64,000 nt of DNA from an uncultured Clostridium sp. Its GTDB lineage: Bacteria > Bacillota > Clostridia > TANB77 > CAG-508. The stretch spans positions 9,155-73,154 of the forward strand of contig CABUKD010000002.1 of the NCBI GenBank assembly GCA_902492105.1, given 5' to 3'. Under the pieces are notes generated by a model. That model did not search any database, was not told the origin of the DNA, and was given only the letters and a program-made list of their open reading frames with translations. Shown in pieces: positions 28,288 through 36,718 of the stretch. Positions within the stretch are counted from its first letter, which is position 1. The number at the start of each line of letters is the position of its first letter. The position numbers and the translations under genes are program-made.

Positions 28288-31200
28288 TTAATTTTCTCTC
28301 TTTTTACTTAACACATTTCTTTTAATTACTATAATTCCAATTATTAGTAAGAATAAAATTGCTAATGTTAAGCTTACATAAAGTACAATTTTTCCTGTTA
28401 CTACGGATAATACAATATCTGCTGTTGACATATCATCTTCATTTTGTGCGCTATTTGCTTCTTGAGAGTCAATATCTGTTAACCCTTGTTCGTTATAGAT
28501 TTCATAAATTTCTGCATTGTTATTTACTACAGTACCAATATTTTCATCTGTAATGGTAACACTTAAAATTAAGCTTACTTCTTTGCTTTCTCCTGGCTGA
28601 AGTTCTACATTTTCTAGGCTAGTATTATAAACACGGTCATTTTCGTCTGATAAGTACCAATCTTCGTTTAGTTCTGAACTAAATTTAGCACCTTCTGGTA
28701 AGTAATCTACTATTTTCTTTACATAGCCTGGTACTTGTCCTTCATTGGTAACTACCATTTTGTATTCTACTACAATGCTACTTTTACCAATATTTTGAGA
28801 TAGAACTTCTATTTTTTGAAGTTTTTCGTTGTTATAGTTATATACTTTTGTGCCAATGGTTGGAGTAGTTAAAGTAATTTTACTAATATATTTATCTAAT
28901 TTTAAATCAAAGTTTTGAGATTCAATTAGTCCAATGTCAATATCTCTTACATTTCCGTCTGTTACAGAAATAGTATCTGTTACACCTGCATAAGTTTGTT
29001 TTCCATTTAACATAATTTTCATTGCATATACATCTGAGTTATAACTTTGGCTAATACCTTGTTTTTGATATTCTGTTACGGTGTAACTACCTGCATCATA
29101 TAGGAAAATAACTAAATATTCATCTGGTTGTAAGCCCGTAAATTCATAACTTCCATTATCTGCTGTTGTTACTATTTTTTGACTGCCATTTTCATCTATT
29201 ACAATTTCATTATTGGATTTTTTAAGTAACATAACTTGAATACCAGATAATACTTGTTCGGTTTCCTCTCTTTGTCCATTTTTGTTACTGTCTAGCCATG
29301 CAGTACCTGTAATTTTATAAGTTCCTGATGGGGTATTTGTATTATCTCCATCATTTCCAGATTCTCCTTCATATAGTTTAGGATTGTATTCAATAATAGT
29401 ATTAATTGCGTTAGATTCTTGTTTTTGAGTTCCTTGTGCTTCTATGCTTCCTACATTAGTTACTGTTTTGTCTTGTTTATCTTCTGGTAAAAGATCTGCT
29501 TTTGCTATTACTTTTACAGTAGCTTCTGCCCCTTTTTCAAAATTAGTCCATCTTACTTTTGCAGTATTATTAAGGGTAGAGGTAACTACTTCTGTTTGTC
29601 CTTGATAGGTATATTCTAATTTTTGGAAGGTAAGTCCTTCTGGTAATACATCTTCAAAAACAACATCATTTGCGTCTGCATCCCCTGTATTTTTAATGGT
29701 AAATTCATAAGTGATTTGTTCTGCTTCTTTGATATATCTTTCAGAAGTAGTAGTTTGTGTAATTTCAAAACTTGGATTTCCTACATGATAAATTAGTTGA
29801 TTAGAATAATGTGTTTCCATTCCACTTGCTTCTGCTTTTGCTTGATATTGGAAATCTCCTTTAAAGTCTTGTATTTGAAGCTGTAGACTAATACTTTCTA
29901 AGTAACCTGCTTGTAATTGTGGGATTGTTACAATTACTTGGTTATTTTGTATTTGTATATAGTTTTGTTCTTGTCCATTACTATCTTTGTAAGTAGTGCC
30001 ATTAATTTGAATCCCTGCTGGTATGTCGATGGTTACTTTAACATTATTTAGAGTTTCTTTGCTTTCTAATAAAATAGTACTATATAGAATATCTCCTTTG
30101 TGAAGAGATGTTTCTAAATCTCTTGGAACTAATAATGTTAAATTCATTTTTGCTGCTACTTTGTTTAAAACATATTCATTAGAAGCTACACCTGTGGTAA
30201 AATCTTCTGCTGCTACTCTTACTTGATGTTTTATTTCTCCTAATGTGCCTTGATTCATTTTTAGTTCATAAGTAGCATTTGCAGTTTCTCCTACTGCTAA
30301 ATTTCCTAAAGCAATTAGTGGTTTTTCTTCGTTACTATCTACATAAGCTTGATTTGCAGAATCATATTGTGTATAAATAGTTCCTTCTGGCACAGGAACA
30401 TTAATTGTTACACTTTTTGCTTCTTCATTTCCTACATTTTTTACTTGTACAAAAAATCTAACAATTTGTCCTTCTGTTACATTACTGTTTTGTTCCATAT
30501 TGGAACTTAAGGTCACTTCTAATTCTGATCCTTGTCCTGTGGTTAAACCTAATATTGCTGATGTTTTAGTTTCTCCAATAGTTGCTGTTTGTGTTTTATT
30601 ATCATAAGATACTTGGTACATTTGGTAACAGCTGTTGTTATGTGCTAAGTTTCCTGGTAATTCTACTTTATAGCTAAACTGTAATTTTGCACCAGAGTTT
30701 ACTTCTCCAGTTACTACAATTAAATAGCTTTTCATACTAGTAAGATCTTGAGGATTTTCTTGCCATCCATTTGCTGTATTCATTAAGTCTTTATTTGCTT
30801 TTGCATTACTGCTATAATAAATCTTTATTTTGCTAGCATCTATACCAGAAGTAGTTATTTTTTCTTTTAAAAGCATAGCAAAGTTACTTCCTAGGCTTTC
30901 TTCTGTTTCAATATTGGTATTATCGGCAAATGGTAATCTTCCTAAAATCATAACATTTTCAATTGGATTACTATAATTATTTGTGATAATTCCTGTTATT
31001 GTTACTTCTTGTTTACTGCTATGAGTTGGAATGATTGCTTCTTGTTTTTGGTTGCTTATGCTAGTTAATTCAGAAGGTGTTCCGTTGTATCCTGTCATGC
31101 TGTTAGAAGCAATTACCCCTGTTGGTGCTACTAAATTAAGTTCTGTAGTAGCTACTCCTTTTTCTGCTTTAGCTTGTACTGCTCTTGCTTTACTTTGTCC

Positions 31201-33288
31201 TCCGGTATATGGGTTTTCGTAAAGATTGGTATTTTCGTTAGTGTAATACATAATAAGTTGCTCTGTTGCGGTTGTTGCAAGGTCATTTAGAGTAATATCT
31301 GTATTTAAAATAATATTAGCACCTTTTGTAATAACATTTTTTTGGGTTGTTTTTCTTATTTGTTCATCTAAGTATTTGGTTTGTGTCCCTTCTAATGTAA
31401 TTTGAATGACTTTTTTACCATTTTTTGTTACTACTTTTGCTTCTTTTAATGTTAGCTCTTTTTCTAAGAAAAGATTAACATCTTTAATTTCAATATTTTC
31501 TACTTGTTCTGGTAATTCAATTTCAAAAGTAGGATTTTTGTACAAAGCATTTTCTGTACTAGAAGTATCTAGTACAATTCTAATTTGTACATCTTTATTT
31601 TCTACTACTGTGGATAAATTTTCTTTGCCTTCTATAATAGCAATTTCTGCTTTACTAACAGGTTCTGTTAAAGAAATGCTAGTTTTTTCTGTAATTTCGG
31701 CATTTCCTGTACTTTGCATATTCTGTGCAGCTTGTGTAATCTTGTTTTGATTAGTTACTCCTAGCGTTATTTTTGAGAAAGATTCTAATTGTTCTTTTTC
31801 ATAATTTTGTATTGTTAATACCTTTTCCATGGTAATTGGTAAAATACCTTCTGTAATAGGTTTTGTAGTTGTTAGCATAACTGTATTTACTTCTGAATTT
31901 GAAAGATCTAGTGTATAGTTTTCATTTTCCTTACTAGATTCTTTATTGATGGTTCCAAGTGTAGTACCATCTTCTGAAGCAATTTGAATACTTCCGTCTT
32001 GTCCTAATAATTTTTCAAAAGCTAAAACAGGTATGGTTATATTTTTTATTTTTTCTTGGTTTCCAATTGTATATTCTTTATTATTTTCATCTACAAAAAC
32101 AGATGGCATCGTTTGCAATTGGATTTTTTCTGTTAAAGAACTATCATTTACTTGTGCATAATAGGTAGTAGTATAAGGTGTTTCTTGTTTTGTATAAAGA
32201 GTTCCTTTGCTTAAAGTTGCATTACTATTTAGGTCTATTTGTGTTAGAGTATCTTGCTTGGTTGCATTTTCTTCTATATTACTATTGGCTTCTAAAACAG
32301 TAGCATTGGTATCTGGAAGGATTGCTTTTCCATTTATGTTCATACTAACTGGAACACTATTTTCTAATGCCCATTGATAACTTTCTTCTCCTACATAAAA
32401 TAGGTTAATTACATATTGGTCTTGTCCATTTTCATTCCATGCTATCATATCATTTTCTAAATTTTGAGTACGAATGGTTAGGCTTCCACTTTCTTGGTTA
32501 TATTCATAATTTGCACTAGTAAAAGAAACACCAGTGTTATTGTTTCCAGTAGCTGTTATTTGCTTTGCAACAACAGTTACTCTTTGTGGTGCTTGTCCAT
32601 TTACTTGTGGTACTTGCATGGTAAGTTCTGTTTCAGAAATAGGCATAAGTGCTTTTGCTAGTTTACTAGTAAGGGTAGTTTGCACCATAACGCCATATTC
32701 TCCGTTTTGTATATATGGTACATAAGTTACCCCTTGTTTTGACAAAACAAGTTCATCTTCTACTTGCCAAATTACTTGATTATTCATAGTTTTACTAATT
32801 TCTTTTTCGTTTCCGTTTCCATCCACATAAGTTGCCTCAAATTCTACAGTAGATGTTTTAGAAAAATAATCAGTAGAAATAGTTTCTTGTTTTTTTATTT
32901 GAATTGGAACTTCTAATACCACTTCTTCATTTTGTTTAATTTGTTTTAAGGAAATGCTATTTTCCGTAGCACTTTGTACCTTTTCTGATTCTAATTTTTC
33001 TGTAGCAATTTCATAATTTGCATCAGAAATACGGACTATTCCCTCTTTTAAATAGCCTGCATTTTTTATTTTTAAATTGATATATAAAGTTGCTCCTTGT
33101 TCTATATTAAAATTTTTGGTATAGGTATTTCCTTCGAAATAACTATCAAATTCTACATTTTGATTGTTCGTCTTACTGTTTTGGCTTGTTAAATTTGCCG
33201 CAATTACTTGGTTCCCTAAGGTGATAAGGTTCATCCCTATGAGCATAATTATCATTAGTACAGCTAAGATTTTCTCTTTTATTTTCAT
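28288..33288 (-). CDS. Giant surface protein, module 1 gene A: signal peptide, many DUF11-like repeats, SdrD-B-like domain, isopeptide-type C-terminal domain, sorting-like signal
   Basis: The signal peptide is MKIKEKILAVLMIIMLIGMNLITLGNQVIAA. DUF11-like segments include ITYEFTIKNTGDADANDVVFEDVLPEGLTF. TGTAWLDSNKNGQRE...ADNGSYEFTGLQPDEYLV is SdrD-B-like. The C-terminus is ADIVLSVVTGK, then a TM helix, then KRNVLSKKREN. Confidence 0.85.
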   Translation of the reverse strand: MKIKEKILAVLMIIMLIGMNLITLGNQVIAANLTSQNSKTNNQNVEFDSYFEGNTYTKNFNIEQGATLYINLKIKNAGYLKEGIVRISDANYEIATEKLESEKVQSATENSISLKQIKQNEEVVLEVPIQIKKQETISTDYFSKTSTVEFEATYVDGNGNEKEISKTMNNQVIWQVEDELVLSKQGVTYVPYIQNGEYGVMVQTTLTSKLAKALMPISETELTMQVPQVNGQAPQRVTVVAKQITATGNNNTGVSFTSANYEYNQESGSLTIRTQNLENDMIAWNENGQDQYVINLFYVGEESYQWALENSVPVSMNINGKAILPDTNATVLEANSNIEENATKQDTLTQIDLNSNATLSKGTLYTKQETPYTTTYYAQVNDSSLTEKIQLQTMPSVFVDENNKEYTIGNQEKIKNITIPVLAFEKLLGQDGSIQIASEDGTTLGTINKESSKENENYTLDLSNSEVNTVMLTTTKPITEGILPITMEKVLTIQNYEKEQLESFSKITLGVTNQNKITQAAQNMQSTGNAEITEKTSISLTEPVSKAEIAIIEGKENLSTVVENKDVQIRIVLDTSSTENALYKNPTFEIELPEQVENIEIKDVNLFLEKELTLKEAKVVTKNGKKVIQITLEGTQTKYLDEQIRKTTQKNVITKGANIILNTDITLNDLATTATEQLIMYYTNENTNLYENPYTGGQSKARAVQAKAEKGVATTELNLVAPTGVIASNSMTGYNGTPSELTSISNQKQEAIIPTHSSKQEVTITGIITNNYSNPIENVMILGRLPFADNTNIETEESLGSNFAMLLKEKITTSGIDASKIKIYYSSNAKANKDLMNTANGWQENPQDLTSMKSYLIVVTGEVNSGAKLQFSYKVELPGNLAHNNSCYQMYQVSYDNKTQTATIGETKTSAILGLTTGQGSELEVTLSSNMEQNSNVTEGQIVRFFVQVKNVGNEEAKSVTINVPVPEGTIYTQYDSANQAYVDSNEEKPLIALGNLAVGETANATYELKMNQGTLGEIKHQVRVAAEDFTTGVASNEYVLNKVAAKMNLTLLVPRDLETSLHKGDILYSTILLESKETLNNVKVTIDIPAGIQINGTTYKDSNGQEQNYIQIQNNQVIVTIPQLQAGYLESISLQLQIQDFKGDFQYQAKAEASGMETHYSNQLIYHVGNPSFEITQTTTSERYIKEAEQITYEFTIKNTGDADANDVVFEDVLPEGLTFQKLEYTYQGQTEVVTSTLNNTAKVRWTNFEKGAEATVKVIAKADLLPEDKQDKTVTNVGSIEAQGTQKQESNAINTIIEYNPKLYEGESGNDGDNTNTPSGTYKITGTAWLDSNKNGQREETEQVLSGIQVMLLKKSNNEIVIDENGSQKIVTTADNGSYEFTGLQPDEYLVIFLYDAGSYTVTEYQKQGISQSYNSDVYAMKIMLNGKQTYAGVTDTISVTDGNVRDIDIGLIESQNFDLKLDKYISKITLTTPTIGTKVYNYNNEKLQKIEVLSQNIGKSSIVVEYKMVVTNEGQVPGYVKKIVDYLPEGAKFSSELNEDWYLSDENDRVYNTSLENVELQPGESKEVSLILSVTITDENIGTVVNNNAEIYEIYNEQGLTDIDSQEANSAQNEDDMSTADIVLSVVTGKIVLYVSLTLAILFLLIIGIIVIKRNVLSKKREN

Positions 33289-33320
33289 AGAAACCTCCTA
33301 AATTTTATTCCTACATCTCT

Positions 33321-33349
33321 ATTATACGACGTTTTTCCACAATTTTCAA
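33321..33349 (-). promoter_or_regulatory. sigmaA-type promoter of giant module 1
   Basis: On the minus strand it reads TTGAAA (33349-33344), N17, TATAAT (33326-33321), about 35 nt upstream of the AGGAGG RBS and the ATG at 33288. Confidence 0.65.
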
Positions 33350-33643
33350 TGGATTTTGAAAGATTTTTCCATTTTATGTGAATTTTGTAAATTTTAGGTC
33401 TATCTATTATGTGAATTAAAATGAAAAATATAATAATAATTTGGACCTTTTTGTTACATTTATTTTTATGATAAAAGTATTTTAATTGTGAATTATACCA
33501 TTTTACCAAATTTTGTAAATTTTTTAAAATCTATTGATTTGTATTAACTTTTGTGTTAGAATATAATTAATTAAGATAAAATTTAATTTTATTTTAATTA
33601 TTGCATATAATATAAATAATATTAGTAGTCATCTATTAATATA

Positions 33644-33740
33644 GAAAGTTTACCACTGACCGATATGTGGTATATAAATGGTCGGGTTGAAAGTTTTCCG
33701 CTGACCAATATGCGGTATATAAATGGTTGGGTTGAAAGTG
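33644..33740 (+). ncRNA. Type III antitoxin RNA: 2 tandem 45-nt repeats plus a 7-nt partial third (ToxI/CptI-like)
   Basis: Repeat 1 (33644-33688) and repeat 2 (33689-33733) are identical at 40 of 45 positions. The changes at positions 12 and 25 are compensatory (ccAc...gTgg versus ccGc...gCgg). The repeats lie directly upstream of a terminator and a ToxN/AbiQ-like ORF. Confidence 0.8.
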
Positions 33741-33775
33741 GTTCTTCATCAGCATATGATGAAGAACTATCCATT
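33741..33775 (+). terminator. Rho-independent terminator between antitoxin repeats and toxin gene
   Basis: A 10-bp perfect stem pairs gttcttcatc (33741-33750) with gatgaagaac (33758-33767). The loop is 7 nt and is followed by tatccatttta. This is the canonical type III TA layout. Confidence 0.75.
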
Positions 33776-33825
33776 TTATAGCAAAACAATATATAATTAC
33801 TTTTATCATAAAGGAAGTATGTAAG

Positions 33826-34308
33826 TTGATTGAAAGAGGATTTTATATCATAAAAGATAAGTTTTTTCAAGAAATGCAAGATCCATATCTAAAAGGTAAT
33901 AAAGAAGCTAATAGACCACATTATTATTGTTTTAGAGAAGAAAAAACTGGTTTATTTTGGATGATTCCATTAAGTAGTAAAATAGATAAATATAAGAAAA
34001 TAATGAACCAAAAATTAAAAAGTGGAAAATCTTGTGATATTTTACATATTATAAGACTAGATAATGGAAAAGAAAGCGTTTTTTTAATACAGGATATGTT
34101 TCCAATTACTGAAGAATACATAGAAAGAAAATATACAATAGGTCATAATCACTTAATATTAACTAGTGAACATTCTGCAATAGAAATTGAGAAAAAAGCA
34201 AAAAAAGTAATGAATATGTTAAAAAAGGGAATTAAATTTACACCAACACAACCAGATGTCAAAAAAATAATTAGTAAACTAATAAAAAACTCAATTAATC
34301 TATTTTAA
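33826..34308 (+). CDS. Type III toxin-antitoxin system toxin, ToxN/AbiQ/CptN-like endoribonuclease
   Basis: The 160-aa ORF has a TTG start 8 nt after AAGGAAG. The N-terminus GFYIIKDKFFQEMQDPYL...WMIPLSSKIDKYKK resembles ToxN/AbiQ-family toxins. The genomic context (repeats plus terminator) is diagnostic. Confidence 0.75.
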   Translation: MIERGFYIIKDKFFQEMQDPYLKGNKEANRPHYYCFREEKTGLFWMIPLSSKIDKYKKIMNQKLKSGKSCDILHIIRLDNGKESVFLIQDMFPITEEYIERKYTIGHNHLILTSEHSAIEIEKKAKKVMNMLKKGIKFTPTQPDVKKIISKLIKNSINLF

Positions 34309-34374
34309 TCTTTGCAATTAATTTACATTCTAGATTAATTGAGTTTTATAGTTTATTTTTTATTTTAACAGATA

Positions 34375-36186
34375 TTAGCCAACAACTTTCTTAAGTTCTG
34401 TTTGGTCAATATAATTATCTCTTTGTGCTTCTCTTAGCTTTTTCATAAATGGTAAATAGTAAGAATCATCATAGTCTACATAGTCATCTTTGGTAATACC
34501 GTAATGGTTACTAATAATAGAATTTTGGTCTTTAAAGCTTTGGTCTATGGCATTTGCAATTTCTTCATCAAATAAAATAGAAATATAATACATTGCTTTT
34601 GCATGGTCATTTAATTTATCCATAGCACAAGCATAATAGTATACTGCTTTTACCATGATTTTTTCTAGTGGATTGGATAGCATTTGTTCTGTTAAAAAGT
34701 TTAAATTTTCTAATGTTTTAGCGGCTTTGTAATATTCTTTATTTGCAATATAGCAAATAGCTAAGAAATATTTTGCTCCCATTCCCATACTTTCACAAGG
34801 AAGGATAGAAGTATCTTTTAAACTAATAAGAAGAGATAATTTTTCATATCCTACTGTATTTACAATTGTTTCCATCATTTTAGTTACTTGTGCTATATTT
34901 TGTGAATTGATATTTTCTAAATCCATTAATAGTTTTTGCATCGTAATAAAAAGAGAAAAATAAGTTGCATTAGGATCAAAAGTAGCTTCACTCATTCCAG
35001 GTACTGCAATACTGTAAGATGGAAAACCTAATATGGATACATCTCTTACTAGAATATCTTTTCCTTCTTTTAAAATGGTTTGAATAAGCTGTGTTAAAAT
35101 CGTTTTATTATCTTCATTTGATACATCTTTTATTGGAGTAAAGCTATATTGTGGTTTTTCTCCTATTACTTCATAAGGAGCTGCTGATAAATCGGTAAAT
35201 AAAAATTCTACTAGATTTTTATGAGTGTTTTGTTCTTCTCCTGCATAAAAATCAAATAAGCATCTTTGTGCATATTCGTAAATATCTCTTCCCTGGGATG
35301 CTTCTGTAAAACATCTTTCCATAGCAATTCCATAGTCTGGATGTGCTCCTAATTTGAATCCGAACTTTCCTGTATTTTTTTCTATCATATATAATCCTGC
35401 TACTGGATATTTTCCGCCTAAAGAACAATCTACTAGTCTATACCAATAGGTTGGATTTTGTTTTAACATATCTACCATTTTTTGTACTTTTGGAAATTTT
35501 GCTATATATTCTTCTGGTATTTCTGGTAAGGTAATTTTCTTTTTTAAAATTTGAAAACCTACATATCTTTCTAAAATCTCCGATAAGCCTTCTATTAAAG
35601 CTTCTTCTGGGGAGTTTCCTGCACACATTCCATTGGTGTCATAAAGATAACTAAATAGGCGGTCCGGAACATAGGTAATTTGATTGTGTTTTACACTATA
35701 ATAAGGAAGGCATGCAAATTTTTCTTTATCCACTAAAGTGGATTTTTCATTCAAAACTTCTTGAATGTAGGCTAATTGTTCTTCTTTACTACTATTTTGC
35801 TTTCCATTTGCTTCTAAAATATGTTCAAAAAAACTGTTAGGTGTTTTCATCAATTCTTCTGCATTCATATATTTTTCATCTGGAGAGTTGCTAAATGGAA
35901 TTTCTTTGGTTGGTTTTTCCATGCGAAAACGGAACATTCCATTTTGAAATCTTTCAAAAAATTCGGCATAAGCACTTGCCATAGCAAATTCTTTGGTCAT
36001 TCCTTTTCCATTTTGACCAATATCGGTTCCTTTAATACGTAAACGTAAAGAATAGGTGCCTACACTACTTGGTTTTCTCCAATCTTCTTCTACTTGAATG
36101 TCTGCTTTTTTTAATAGTTCTTTTAATTTTTTTACTGTTTCTTCTGGGGTTACTTCTTTATATCTTCTCTCTTGTAATTTACTCAT
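34375..36186 (-). CDS. YcaO-domain protein with C-terminal TPR-like region (orphan)
   Basis: GKGMTKEFAMASAYAEFFERFQN and NGMCAGNSPEEALIEGLSEILERYV are canonical YcaO ATP/Mg-binding motifs. The C-terminal ~170 aa is helical-repeat-like. The likely start is ATG 36186, with GAGGA 8 nt upstream; the track start is a GTG at 36210. Confidence 0.85.
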   Translation of the reverse strand: MSKLQERRYKEVTPEETVKKLKELLKKADIQVEEDWRKPSSVGTYSLRLRIKGTDIGQNGKGMTKEFAMASAYAEFFERFQNGMFRFRMEKPTKEIPFSNSPDEKYMNAEELMKTPNSFFEHILEANGKQNSSKEEQLAYIQEVLNEKSTLVDKEKFACLPYYSVKHNQITYVPDRLFSYLYDTNGMCAGNSPEEALIEGLSEILERYVGFQILKKKITLPEIPEEYIAKFPKVQKMVDMLKQNPTYWYRLVDCSLGGKYPVAGLYMIEKNTGKFGFKLGAHPDYGIAMERCFTEASQGRDIYEYAQRCLFDFYAGEEQNTHKNLVEFLFTDLSAAPYEVIGEKPQYSFTPIKDVSNEDNKTILTQLIQTILKEGKDILVRDVSILGFPSYSIAVPGMSEATFDPNATYFSLFITMQKLLMDLENINSQNIAQVTKMMETIVNTVGYEKLSLLISLKDTSILPCESMGMGAKYFLAICYIANKEYYKAAKTLENLNFLTEQMLSNPLEKIMVKAVYYYACAMDKLNDHAKAMYYISILFDEEIANAIDQSFKDQNSIISNHYGITKDDYVDYDDSYYLPFMKKLREAQRDNYIDQTELKKVVG

Positions 36187-36381
36187 TTGCTTATTCCTCA
36201 CTTTCTCCACTTTTATTACAAATTTATTAAATAGACAAAAATTTTCTATCTAATATAAAATATCATTTTTCGACAAAATTCACTAGAGTATTTTACAAAA
36301 AATGCTTTTTTTATTATAAACTATTTTTGTTAAATTTTTATATCGTTTTTTTATAGTTTTCTAAATTTAAATTTTTATTTT

Positions 36382-36540
36382 ATAGCTTTCCAGTATATAT
36401 TTTCTTTTTTTCATTGGTTCGTCCCATAGGCTTGTGAATTACAGCACACTTTCTCTTGTATAAATTTCAATGTTCTGACTATGTACTAAACAAATGGTCC
36501 TCAACAACTCAAAATGCGAAAATATATACCGGAAAGCTAT
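36382..36540 (+). repeat. Family-1 hairpin-bounded element, copy A
   Basis: The terminal stem pairs atagctttccagtatatattttc (36382-36404) with gaaaatatataccggaaagctat (36518-36540) with 1 mismatch. The interior has TCGTCCCATAGGCTTGTGAAT, CACACTTTCT and ACAAATGGTCCTCAA. The inner helix P2 is disrupted in this copy. Confidence 0.7.
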
Positions 36541-36597
36541 TGTATCAATAAAAATGATAAATGAATAATAGAAATAAAAATAATAAAAAAATTCAAG

Positions 36598-36641
36598 AAA
36601 AAAACAGCTCTTTAAGTTTTTTTCTTAAAAAGCTGTTTTTA
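36598..36641 (-). terminator. Bidirectional Rho-independent terminator after the 1824-aa gene
   Basis: A 17-bp stem (aaaaacagctctttaag / cttaaaaagctgttttt, 1 mismatch) has a T7 loop and flanking A and T runs. Confidence 0.75.
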
Positions 36642-36718
36642 TTTTTCATTTCTTATCTTTTATATTTTATCTTTTGTTTTTTATCTCTTATGCTTTATCC
36701 TTTGTTACTTTAGTATTT

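Noticed and set aside
33622-33879. 85-aa minus-strand ORF from the supplied track
   Set aside because: Its internally repeated peptide (STRPFIYHISVSGKL / STQPFIYRILVSGKL) is simply the translation of the two 45-nt antitoxin RNA repeats. It has no RBS and overlaps the toxin start.
36410-36430. tRNA-like T-arm (GGTTCG...) in family-1 elements, which would suggest a Y-RNA/YrlA-type RNA
   Set aside because: GGTTCG is present in copies A and C but is AGCTCG in copy B. The putative T-stem is only 3 bp. No Rsr/Ro gene is nearby.
34309-36718. RiPP (thiopeptide/azoline/thioamide) biosynthetic cluster around YcaO
   Set aside because: No partner enzyme (E1-like/Ocin-ThiF, TfuA, dehydrogenase), transporter or convincing RBS-preceded precursor ORF was seen in the flanking 0.5 kb on either side.
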